Below are positions 39,881 to 48,808 of a stretch of DNA of 49,058 bases, one piece after another; the first letter of the stretch is position 1; each line of letters opens with the position of its first letter. The DNA lies in assembly GCA_001770205.1 (NCBI GenBank), contig MEQL01000037.1:62001-111058 (forward strand), written 5' to 3'. Below the pieces are notes generated by a model. That model had not been told where the DNA came from, searched no databases, and saw only the letters and a list, made by a program, of their open reading frames with translations. Source of the stretch: Bdellovibrionales bacterium RIFOXYD12_FULL_39_22 (GTDB lineage Bacteria > Bdellovibrionota > Bacteriovoracia > Bacteriovoracales > Bacteriovoracaceae). Made by a program: the position numbers and the translations under genes.

Positions 39881-41818
39881 TTATACTTCTTTAAAATCAG
39901 CATCAACAACATCATCATCTTTTTTTGCTGATCCGGCATCATTAGTATTTCCAGCACTCGGCCCGTGTCCTTCAGCTGCTTGAGCGTTTGGATCAGCGTG
40001 AGGAGCTCCTCCTCCGGCCTTATACATTTCTTCTGCAACCTTATGGGCCACATTTTGTAGTCTTTCAATGGCGGCCTTGAGTTCGTCAACGGCTTGTGCA
40101 GAAAGTTTTTCTTTTGCTTCCTTAATGGCGTTTTCCAGATCTGATTTGGCGTTAGCGGAGATTTTATCACCACCATCTTTAATCATTTTTTCAGAAGAAA
40201 GAATCATTGCATCTAAATTGTTGCGAGTATCAATAACTTCGCGACGTTTTTTATCACTTTCGCGATTTTCTTCTGCTTCGCGCACCATTTTCTTGATCTC
40301 TTCTTCCGACAATCCAGAACCGCTGGTGATGCGAATTTCTTGTGATTTTCCAGTGGCCTTATCGAGGGCCGAAACGTGAACAATACCGTTGGCGTCTATA
40401 TCAAAAGTTACTTCAATTTGAGGAATACCACGAGGGGCCGGCGCAATTCCAGAAAGATCAAAACGGCCAAGAGTCTTATTGTCGTTAGCAAATTCGCGCT
40501 CGCCTTGCAAAACGTGAATACTTACCGCCGGCTGATTGTCCTGTGCAGTGGAAAAAGTCTGTGATTTTTTTGTTGGGATGGTAGTGTTTTTCTCAATGAT
40601 TTTAGTAAAAACGCCCCCCAAAGTTTCAATACCAAGAGAGAGTGGGGTAACGTCAAGAAGTAGAACATCTTTTACATCACCGGCCAACACTCCTCCCTGG
40701 ATGGCGGCACCAGCGGCAACGATCTCATCAGGGTTAACACTTTTGTTTGGCTCTTTACCAAAAATTTCTTTAACTTTTGTTTGAATTATTGGACTTCTTA
40801 TAGATCCACCAACAAGAATTACTTCGTGAATTTCGTTAAGAGAAAGGCCCGAATCCTTGATGACCGTCTTGCAGGGCGCTACTAATTTATCAACCAGATC
40901 AGCAATCAATGATTCAAATTTTGCTCGAGAGAGGTTGAGATTTAAGTGTTTGGGCCCAGAAGCATCAGCAGTAATAAAAGGTAGATTTACATCGGTTTGA
41001 GTCACGTTGGAGAGTTCGTGCTTTGCTTTTTCAGCAGCTTCTTTCAAGCGCTGTAAGGCCATCGGGTCTTTGCGCAAATCAACGTTATGCTCTTTTTTAA
41101 ATTCATCTGCCAGATAGTTGATGATGCGATAATCAAAATCATCTCCACCTAAAAAGGTATCACCGTTGGTGGCCTTAACTTCGAAAACACCATCAGAAGT
41201 GATTTCCAAGATGGAAATGTCAAAGGTTCCACCACCCAAGTCAAATACGGCAATGTTTTGATCTTTTTTTGAATCTAGGCCATAAGCTAGTGCGGCGGCA
41301 GTTGGTTCATTAATAATACGCTTAACATCTAAACCGGCAATACGGCCGGCATCCTTAGTAGCTTGTCTTTGCGCATCATTAAAATATGCGGGAACGGTGA
41401 TAACTGCTTCGGTTACCTTCTCTCCTAAGTAATCTTCTGCGGCCTTTTTTAGTTTCTCTAAAACCTTGGCAGAAATTTCCTGCGGAGACATCTCCTGGCC
41501 ATCGATTTTTAACCAGGCATCACCATTTTTATTGGCGAATATTTCAAAAGGAGCAACAGCTTTGAATTTGCTCACTTCGGCATCAGTGGCCTTTCTTCCA
41601 ATTAGGCGCTTAATGCCAAAAACGGTTTTTTTGGGGTTTGTAACTGCTTGGCGTTTGGCAACTTGGCCAACTAAATTTTCACCATTATTGGCGAAGCCAA
41701 CTACTGACGGAGTAGTATTGTGCCCCTCTGAGTTTGCAATTACTTTGTATTTTCCGTTTTCTAGCACGGCAACACATGAATTAGTCGTTCCTAAGTCAAT
41801 TCCAACAATCTTTCCCAT
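39881..41818 (-). CDS. dnaK: Chaperone DnaK
   Basis: [25 protein letters not shown] and [12 protein letters not shown] motifs. Confidence 0.99.
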   Translation of the reverse strand: MGKIVGIDLGTTNSCVAVLENGKYKVIANSEGHNTTPSVVGFANNGENLVGQVAKRQAVTNPKKTVFGIKRLIGRKATDAEVSKFKAVAPFEIFANKNGDAWLKIDGQEMSPQEISAKVLEKLKKAAEDYLGEKVTEAVITVPAYFNDAQRQATKDAGRIAGLDVKRIINEPTAAALAYGLDSKKDQNIAVFDLGGGTFDISILEITSDGVFEVKATNGDTFLGGDDFDYRIINYLADEFKKEHNVDLRKDPMALQRLKEAAEKAKHELSNVTQTDVNLPFITADASGPKHLNLNLSRAKFESLIADLVDKLVAPCKTVIKDSGLSLNEIHEVILVGGSIRSPIIQTKVKEIFGKEPNKSVNPDEIVAAGAAIQGGVLAGDVKDVLLLDVTPLSLGIETLGGVFTKIIEKNTTIPTKKSQTFSTAQDNQPAVSIHVLQGEREFANDNKTLGRFDLSGIAPAPRGIPQIEVTFDIDANGIVHVSALDKATGKSQEIRITSGSGLSEEEIKKMVREAEENRESDKKRREVIDTRNNLDAMILSSEKMIKDGGDKISANAKSDLENAIKEAKEKLSAQAVDELKAAIERLQNVAHKVAEEMYKAGGGAPHADPNAQAAEGHGPSAGNTNDAGSAKKDDDVVDADFKEV

Positions 41819-41883
41819 AACAATCTCCTTTTATAATTTTACAATCTAATATTTAAAATTCCTAAATTCCTAAACCTTACTAC

Positions 41884-42444
41884 CTAATTTTTTGCAATTA
41901 TAACTTTCGCGGCCCTAAGCAATCTTCCGTTTAATAAATATCCTTTTTGAAACTCGGTTATTACTTCTTGATCTTGTTTGCCATCTGCCGGTTGCATGGC
42001 CATCGCCTCATGGAAGTTAGGATCAAAAATTTTACCGATTGATTCAATCACCTCTAGTCCATTTTTTCCAAGGCAGTCAGTCAATTTTTTGCGAACCATA
42101 TCAATGCCAGTTATGATGTTTTTAACTTTGTCATCGTTATCTTTTTTTAGTACATCAATGGTTCGATCAAAATCATCTACAATATCAATCATTGACTTCA
42201 AAATACGCTCATTACCGTATTTAACTATATTATCCTTCTCGCGTTCAAAGCGTTTTTTCATATTATCCATTTCAGCGGCCAAGTAATAATATTTGCTTTT
42301 AAAGCCATCATCTTTTTCTTGGGCCTCATTTGTTGGCGCTTTGAGAATAGGCGTAACTTCTTCCGCCTGTTCATCATTTTGTTCGTTATCCAAATTTAAT
42401 TTTTCATCTGCTAATTCATTACCAGACGCTTGTGCCTCATCCAT
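41884..42444 (-). CDS. grpE: Nucleotide exchange factor GrpE
   Basis: AEMDN.KKR, FDPNFHEAM and GYLLNGRLLRAAKV motifs. Confidence 0.97.
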   Translation of the reverse strand: MDEAQASGNELADEKLNLDNEQNDEQAEEVTPILKAPTNEAQEKDDGFKSKYYYLAAEMDNMKKRFEREKDNIVKYGNERILKSMIDIVDDFDRTIDVLKKDNDDKVKNIITGIDMVRKKLTDCLGKNGLEVIESIGKIFDPNFHEAMAMQPADGKQDQEVITEFQKGYLLNGRLLRAAKVIIAKN

Positions 42445-42505
42445 TTCGATTCCCTCATTTATTTGTTGGTTTATTCGATTTGTATTATGTGCCTACCTGT
42501 AGGCC

Positions 42506-42533
42506 AAGATGGCAACGATCGAAGTGATGTCAA
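42506..42533 (-). promoter_or_regulatory. Putative sigma70-type promoter for grpE-dnaK-dnaJ
   Basis: Minus strand TTGACA-N16-CATCTT about 60 nt upstream of grpE; the -10 element is imperfect. Confidence 0.45.
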
Positions 42534-42875
42534 TAGTGGCACGAAAGAAAAATATTATATATTGTATTAAAAAAAAACTGACTCGGAGCGACCCGGCGGT
42601 GGTAAACTATTGAAATTTATCACGAGGTTTGACTAAAAGTAATACATCGGCTGATGTTTAGACACTACTGTATTTTGTACAATCAAAATAAAAAAAACTG
42701 ATAAAAATTCATTTTTCCACTAAGATTTGATCAAGAATATCAACACATGGAATTTGTGGGCGATCGGCGCACAGAAACAATTAGTCTAGTTTCTATTTTT
42801 TCTACTGTTAATCTGTAGTAGTGGGCTTTACCAAATAATTGATTGTTTTGTAGTTAGTGAGTTAGGGCCAACTAC

Positions 42876-44096
42876 TCAGTGAATAACCTTGTACAAGTTT
42901 TCTGGTACAGCAACAGGGACTTTCATTTCCCATAATTCTGGCATTCCCAATGGTTTGAACACAAGATTTGTCATAATAATATTGAGGTCTGAATCATTGT
43001 GTGAGTGTAGTTTTTCTATCGTTTCCGAAAATAGTTTTTGATCGGAAGGATTTGTGCTTGATTTTAAATTATATAAAGAACGTTTGAGCTGTGTTCGAAT
43101 TAGCTCTTCAAAATCGCTCGGGGTAAAATCAAAAAAGTAAAGCTGCTTTTTGGCCAAAGTCCATTCCTCAGGTGGGTGCTCCCAATCAATAGGATTTTTA
43201 ATCTTCTCCGCAATTGGGACACTTGAGCCATAGTTCATTTCAAGTCGCCTTGAAAGAGCTGGGTCGTGGAATTTCATAATTTCAGCCAAATCATTAGAGT
43301 ACATGAGGTAAGGTGATACAACGCCAGTTTTTCTTGCGGGGTCGTGTTCAACTGCAATCATAGTCCTTCCATAAGTAGATGGCCGATATGCTAGTTCGTT
43401 ATCTCGAGATCTAAACATAACATAGAAATAGACGTTATCGTCAGTTTTGAGAAATTGTTTACTGAAAGGCTGAGTATTTACCCCACCTCCAAGGCCTGCT
43501 TCTTCCATTCTTCGCGCACTTAAAAGTGCAAGTTCAGGAGATCTTTTCGATACCGTGTTGTGTTGAAAATATATTGTAACCTGATCTACTGCATTTTCCA
43601 CATTAACATCTAATGACACTTGATTTACTTCTTGCTTCAAGAGTCGTTGCTTATTTGCCGAACTGACTTCATCCAATGCCTGCCATGGCGACAAATGGTT
43701 TGTTTCGATACCACGCTCCATTAAAGATTGTCGGAGGGACTCTTCCTGAAGTTGAAATAATTTCGGACTATCGATTTTTTTAAAATACACGCCCAAATAC
43801 TCATTTATTAGATTTTGTTTCTCGGAGATGGTTAGATTCTTAAGCTGTGCAATGTGCTTTTGAGTAATCAACCAATCTCCAAATGCGTTAGAATTGGAAA
43901 TAAGACGGTTGAATACAGCTTCTGATGGGTTTATTATGTTGGTGTTGCGAGACCCCAGATGATCAATCAATGCCATAATGGCTTGCCGCAAGCAATCAGT
44001 ATTTGATATGACGGTGGTAGGCTCCACAGACATGACGTTCACAGTCAATAATAAAAAGGATATGATTATCAGTTCTTTCCACTTTGGTTTAATCAA
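42876..44096 (-). CDS. Secreted protein with ADP-ribosyltransferase-fold / OspC-like motifs
   Basis: GGAG-N6-TTG start at 44096; signal peptide; motif order FQHNT, LLS, NT, DDNVYF, STYG, F..SDF, EMKVP. Confidence 0.5.
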   Translation of the reverse strand: MIKPKWKELIIISFLLLTVNVMSVEPTTVISNTDCLRQAIMALIDHLGSRNTNIINPSEAVFNRLISNSNAFGDWLITQKHIAQLKNLTISEKQNLINEYLGVYFKKIDSPKLFQLQEESLRQSLMERGIETNHLSPWQALDEVSSANKQRLLKQEVNQVSLDVNVENAVDQVTIYFQHNTVSKRSPELALLSARRMEEAGLGGGVNTQPFSKQFLKTDDNVYFYVMFRSRDNELAYRPSTYGRTMIAVEHDPARKTGVVSPYLMYSNDLAEIMKFHDPALSRRLEMNYGSSVPIAEKIKNPIDWEHPPEEWTLAKKQLYFFDFTPSDFEELIRTQLKRSLYNLKSSTNPSDQKLFSETIEKLHSHNDSDLNIIMTNLVFKPLGMPELWEMKVPVAVPENLYKVIH

Positions 44097-44599
44097 TGAT
44101 ATCTCCAAAAAAATTCTGAGGAAATTAACTAGTCACACAATGACACTAAACTTGTCGTCCTCGAAGAGTCTATTCTTTATAGCTATTGATTATTTTGTAT
44201 GGATTATTTTACCATTAATTGTCAAATATCTGTGTTGATCTACAACAAGTGCCGGTAACGAGGAAAGATAAATTTTTTCTCTCAACTATAATCAATCTTT
44301 TTTTCCGCCCTTATCCCCACAAACATCCAATGAAAATATATCAATCCCTTCATATGACCGGCAAAATCCCAGGGGAAGTATCACTAAGTTAGGCTTGGCT
44401 CACCCCAAACCTCTATGATTGCAAGGCCAGTGCGCGAAATCGCTGGCGGATAGTGAGCAACGCGCGGATTCTATTCTCTCCCGAGTTTGACAGTTGGGCC
44501 ACAACCAGCTGATTTTACGGCCATGTTTTTATGTTCGTATACTACATGAGATATTTCATTGGTTCTCCTGCCTGAAGAATCGGTGGAGGAGCTTTAATT

Positions 44600-44968
44600 T
44601 TGACGATATCTAAACAAGTCCCCGTACTTTTTGGATGTGATCGCCACGGGGAATTAATATTAGGAGTGGCCGGACAAGGAAGAGTCTCACTTAAAGATAT
44701 CGAGGGTGTGCTTGGTAATCGGATTGACGATGAAGCGATTCTTTGCACTGATAGTCATCCTAGTTTTCGTGCTTTTGCAAAAACTAACAGGATTAAATAT
44801 CGGCCAGTAAATGTCAGTAAAGGCAAACGTGTTGTAAAAAAGATTTTCCATGTTCAGCACGTCAATAGTGCCCATGCTAGAATGAAGGGGGGGATGATTC
44901 GCTTCAAGGGTGTATCAACAAAGTCAAACAGTATAGTAAAAAACCACATGATACTTTTACTTGACTGA
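44600..44968 (+). pseudogene. IS1595-family (ISXO2-like DDE) transposase fragment
   Basis: QVPVL..CDR.G, LCTD, FHVQHVNSAH.R.K and F.GVSTK motifs; N-terminus missing and C-terminus diverges after GVSTK. Confidence 0.85.
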
Positions 44969-44990
44969 ATAGTGCCATATATGGCACTAT
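44961..44990 (+). promoter_or_regulatory. TA-operon promoter with perfect 22-bp palindromic operator
   Basis: TTGACT (-35-like) at 44961 followed by ATAGTGCCATA-TATGGCACTAT at 44969-44990. Confidence 0.8.
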
Positions 44991-45017
44991 ATAAATGTTG
45001 ATAAAGGACAGCTATAA

Positions 45018-45307
45018 ATGCAAGCAGATACAACAAAAGAGTTTGATGATTGGTATGAAACAGTCTCTATTAAAGAGCAAGTACAGATAGATGCTCGGGT
45101 GTCGAGAATAGAAGAATATGACCATCTTGGTGATTGGAAATACCTTGATGATGGAGTTGCGGAACTACGCCGGAAGAATGCCGGCGAGTTTATTTTGCAA
45201 AAATAGGACTAAAAATCATTCTTTTACTTAACGGGGGTAGTAAAAATGGGCAAGACAAAGATATTAAAAAAGCAAAAAGAATCGTTTCGAGATATGCCAA
45301 CACTTGA
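45018..45307 (+). pseudogene. RelE/HigB-type addiction-module killer toxin, frameshifted
   Basis: Frame 1 ...GDWKYLDDGVAELR ends at 45206; the alternative frame from about 45182 gives RRVYFAKIGLKIILLLNGGSKNGQDKDIKKAK, the canonical C-terminal half. Confidence 0.85.
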
Positions 45308-45578
45308 GCTAAAAAAAAATGTTCACACCAAAAAATTTTCTGCAACCAAAAGAATGACTAACAAAAAACGAATATCAAAAGCTCTTTGGGCCTGTTTGGT
45401 GGACTTCGATGTCGATGGATTTAAAGAAATTCTACGAACTCACCTTGAGATAGTATCAAAGGACAAAATTTCAAAGGAAACAGGCCTTTCAAAAAGAACT
45501 TTATTTCGGATGCTATCAGATGATGGCAATCCGACTCTGGAAAATGTCGCAAAGCTTCTTCATAAAATTTGCATCTAA
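45294..45578 (+). CDS. Addiction-module antidote, HTH antitoxin (HigA-like)
   Basis: SKETGLSKRTLFRMLS.DGNPTL HTH. Start ATG 45294 overlaps the toxin end; 45246 is an alternative. Confidence 0.85.
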   Translation: MPTLELKKNVHTKKFSATKRMTNKKRISKALWACLVDFDVDGFKEILRTHLEIVSKDKISKETGLSKRTLFRMLSDDGNPTLENVAKLLHKICI

Positions 45579-45613
45579 AAAGCTATCAAAAATGCGTTGG
45601 ATCTGTAGTTTTA

Positions 45614-45644
45614 TCAAGAGGTCACAAGGCCTGTGACCTCTTGA
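45614..45644. repeat. Perfect 13-bp inverted repeat (hairpin)
   Basis: TCAAGAGGTCACA-AGGCC-TGTGACCTCTTGA; no U-tail on either strand. Confidence 0.85.
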
Positions 45645-45889
45645 GTGATTTGAGCATTGGAAGTTTCAAGATCTACTATTCAGTGGCCGAAGATTCAAAA
45701 GATTCTGGTGATGAGTTATAACGCTTGGTGGCGGGGACATCATTTTTGATTATATCAAGAAAAAAGAACTGATGGAAAAAATCTCGTTCGCATGGCTTTA
45801 TCAAATGTCACTATTACTCCCCAAAATACTACCCATAATTATTTTTAATGAGTGCGCTGATTTTTATTTTGTAAGTTGGGCCTTAGTCC

Positions 45890-46195
45890 AACCTGTCGTC
45901 TAAAAAATGGCATGCAAAATGTTGTTTTATTAAAAACGCTTTCGCAAAAAATGAAAGATATTTTAGATATTCTGGATGCAAATACGATTGTCGAAAAGGA
46001 GGTGCTGACTAGGCATCAAATAACGTCTGTAAAATGATAAAAGTCGGGACTGGAAATCTAATTTTAAATCCGTAAGTGATTGAATTAAACAAGTGTCTTT
46101 AGGTACTTTGCGATAGATGGGGGCTAAAAAAATGACAACGTTTCTAACAAGTTGGCGTGGCAAATAATTGAAATAGTCTTACGTGTGAGGTCAGG
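45890..46195 (+). mobile_element. Possible right-end remnant of an IS (IS1634-like)
   Basis: Frame ending at 46037 reads ...VLLKTLSQKMKDILDILD..., like transposase C-termini; terminal ...GTGTGAGGTCAGG abuts the point where the RelE remnant breaks. Confidence 0.35.
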
Positions 46196-46406
46196 AGGTC
46201 TGTAATAAGTGACAGTGCCGCCGATCAACATGTTTACCCTGCCCTTTGAACTTAGAGTAGTTTTGCCAAGCACTCTGCATCGGCCCATCTTCCTCAAGGT
46301 CAAGATGAAGAGCGTCCATGGCATCTCTTGCATTTAGCGACAACTGCTTGCTGCCAGGCCTAAGAGCTTTCTTTGCTTGACCTCGATATTTTACTTCCCA
46401 ACTCAT
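46196..46406 (-). pseudogene. Truncated RelE-like cytotoxic translational repressor
   Basis: MSWEVKY...L..DL...GP....W.NYSK...RHCHL; the expected KG.PTYV...W C-terminus is lost. Confidence 0.7.
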
Positions 46407-46489
46407 TGGTCAAGTATATCAGATTGATGATATATATCTATGTTATTTGGATTGCAGAGAGACTAAACAGGGAGATAGCTTCTTGTGAG

Positions 46490-47296
46490 CTATATAATTT
46501 TAAACCAGTCGATATTTAAGCAACACATCTTATCAGGATCTGTTTCATCAACAATAGCTTTTACCTCTTGAATAAAATTTAATATTTTTGACCTAACCTT
46601 TTCAATATCCTTTTGGCCTATTGAGAGGGGGGCGGTAAACATTAACTCTTCCGGTAGCAAGCGCTCATGCCTTTCAAATGCTTTTAACCTCCAATTAAGG
46701 TGATGTTTATATACTAGAGGTGAGTTTTGATCCACATGAGTATGGGTCGGGCCATTTTTAAGCTTTTCTCCATCCATTACACAGAGACCAGTCTTTAGTA
46801 AAAATTCTATTGCGTTGGAGGTAGTTTCGTTGGGAAGATTGATAATATTTAAAATTTTATCCTTTGATTGATAGGCCGGAATGGAAGTCAAAATTCTTAT
46901 CGCAGAGTAAAACCAACTCGAATAAAACATGGCCTTGTCACTCTCACTAAGCTTGTGCTTTGTCTGTAGTCGCTCCCCTACCTTTTTAGATCTCTCCATC
47001 AGACCGTCTATCTGTTTGTTGTAGAAGGTTCGAAGTTCACTGCTTCCGGCCCTGGCACGTTGAACCAGTGTCATAAAATATTCGCGCTCAAGTTCATTTA
47101 GTCCTAGAAAGCTGCAAACTTTTACTGCGTGTTCAGGGGTTAGATCTTTGTCTCCCTTGAAAATGTGACTGATCATTGTAGTGTGGACACTCAAAACCTT
47201 TGAAAGTTTAAGATATTGTCCTCTCCCATTATGAGCACGTAGCTTGATAAAATCATTAGTGAATTTTTTGTAGTCGGTGTAGTCAAAGACGGTCAT
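46490..47296 (-). CDS. TIGR02147/DUF4423-type HTH protein
   Basis: VFDY.DY..F, RG....L, S.I..G...L, FYSSW.Y.AI and H..WR motifs. Confidence 0.85.
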   Translation of the reverse strand: MTVFDYTDYKKFTNDFIKLRAHNGRGQYLKLSKVLSVHTTMISHIFKGDKDLTPEHAVKVCSFLGLNELEREYFMTLVQRARAGSSELRTFYNKQIDGLMERSKKVGERLQTKHKLSESDKAMFYSSWFYSAIRILTSIPAYQSKDKILNIINLPNETTSNAIEFLLKTGLCVMDGEKLKNGPTHTHVDQNSPLVYKHHLNWRLKAFERHERLLPEELMFTAPLSIGQKDIEKVRSKILNFIQEVKAIVDETDPDKMCCLNIDWFKII

Positions 47297-47430
47297 ATTA
47301 TTTACCCCCAGGTCAACAATATAGCTTATTCTTTAATAAATAAACCTGTTTTTTACTTTTTACATGCGGTAGAAATCAGCATTGTAAATCAAGTGGCAAG
47401 GCCATATATAAACTATAAAACGGAGACTCT

Positions 47431-48702
47431 ATGAAGATTAAAATGTTTGTTCTTGGAATTTTATTACTGCTAATTAACTGGGCCTGGGCATGGGGCGGAT
47501 CGATGGATACTGGCGGTGGTGAAATAACTACCTACCAAAACAATCCCTGGTTTTTAGACAGAGATGAAGTTACTTACTGTGTTCAAAAAAGTGATAACTA
47601 TTCTCAAAGTTTTGAAAAGGCATTGTTTGAGGTGAAGTATGCCATAGAAGATTGGGAAAGAACTTTAGCAAAAATTGATAAGCAGGCCGAAGACGATGAC
47701 GGCCATAAACTTGTAAAGCGTTTTAAATATATCGATACCTGTTCAGTTAGCGTTGATTTAAAAATATTATTAGGTGTGATGGATGATGGTGTACGAGGGG
47801 TAATCAATAATTCAGGAAATGGATTTGTCGCATTTGCCAAACGAGAAAGCTTTGACAATGAGACTATGCAGTCCAGGGGTTACATTTGGATTGCTCCAGA
47901 TATTGGATCTGATAGTTATAAGGGAGTCAACAAAGCGTCCTGGATTCATGGCCAGTTTACTTACTATATTCTACTACACGAACTAGGTCATGTTATGGGT
48001 TTTTTGCATAACGAAAATTTTGTAATGTTAGCTGACATGGCCGAAAAGGTTGCCGATAGATGGATTAACGCACAAGGGCCCTTTAAAAAAAATGAGGTTA
48101 CTATCTACAACCTTCCATCTAATTTAAGATTTCATTTAACTAAAATTTTTCTTTTGCAAAGTTTTGTGGCCCACACAGAGGAGGCTTGCACTTCCCTCCC
48201 ATTGCAGGGAGTTAACGATTATGAGCGTGACGATCTCGATTTGATAAATGATTTTATAAAGGAATTTTTGGGTATTGCCGTAGGTGCTGGTTCAACAGAG
48301 ACCATGGCAAAAGATATTACTGTATGTATTCGACCTCAAGAGATGGATAGGGGGCGCGGTAGTTTAATAATGACAACTTACTCAGCACATCCTACACAAA
48401 ACGGTGCAGTTGAATTATCCAAGATCGTTCTTCCTTGGATTAGCGGTTACAGTGGCGAGGTGGTGGTCACGGCCAAGCAAAAAGTTGATAATATTTGGGA
48501 GACAAAGGATGTTTTAACCAAGTGGTACACTGAAGGAGCGGAGCGATACAGCGCGACGGTTAATAACAAAATTTACGACTACACCGTAAGAAGTAATGAT
48601 GACGGTGTGTTTATGTCATTTGTGCATAAAAACAAAATCGTGGAAATTCCATTCTCCTTTCGTTTTAATAAGGGCCTTTCTTTTATGGTGAAAGTTGACT
48701 AG
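47431..48702 (+). CDS. Secreted metzincin zinc metalloprotease (matrixin/M10-like)
   Basis: GGAG RBS; signal peptide (AWA); HELGHVMGFLH followed by Met-turn FVM. Confidence 0.85.
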   Translation: MKIKMFVLGILLLLINWAWAWGGSMDTGGGEITTYQNNPWFLDRDEVTYCVQKSDNYSQSFEKALFEVKYAIEDWERTLAKIDKQAEDDDGHKLVKRFKYIDTCSVSVDLKILLGVMDDGVRGVINNSGNGFVAFAKRESFDNETMQSRGYIWIAPDIGSDSYKGVNKASWIHGQFTYYILLHELGHVMGFLHNENFVMLADMAEKVADRWINAQGPFKKNEVTIYNLPSNLRFHLTKIFLLQSFVAHTEEACTSLPLQGVNDYERDDLDLINDFIKEFLGIAVGAGSTETMAKDITVCIRPQEMDRGRGSLIMTTYSAHPTQNGAVELSKIVLPWISGYSGEVVVTAKQKVDNIWETKDVLTKWYTEGAERYSATVNNKIYDYTVRSNDDGVFMSFVHKNKIVEIPFSFRFNKGLSFMVKVD

Positions 48703-48736
48703 ATGCTAATAACAAAATCGGATCAGGAGAAAATAT

Positions 48737-48808
48737 ATGTTTAAAAATTTGGTTCTAGCTTTGTTTGTGTGCTTGTCGTTTATAGCTAATCTAGCGCAAG
48801 TTTACTAA
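48737..48808 (+). pseudogene. Signal-peptide stub of a secreted-protein gene interrupted by an IS
   Basis: AGGAG RBS; MFKNLVLALFVCLSFIANLAQVY*; the stop falls inside the putative IS left end. Confidence 0.65.

Noticed and set aside
39838..40176. 112-aa same-strand alternative-frame ORF over the dnaK 3' end, and 39222-39608 within dnaJ
   Set aside because: Out-of-frame overlaps of intact conserved genes with no RBS or motif support.
42579..42600. TCGGAGCGA shared with the tRNA-Pro 3' end as a possible att site
   Set aside because: Only 9 bp, which is expected by chance; the intervening 21 kb is core genes and there is no integrase.
42445..42875. CIRCE element or hrcA upstream of grpE-dnaK-dnaJ
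   Set aside because: No TTAGCACTC-N9-GAGTGCTAA and no hrcA ORF found.
45655..45850. Short frame ALEVSRSTIQ... resembling an HTH fragment
   Set aside because: Too short and interrupted to support a call.
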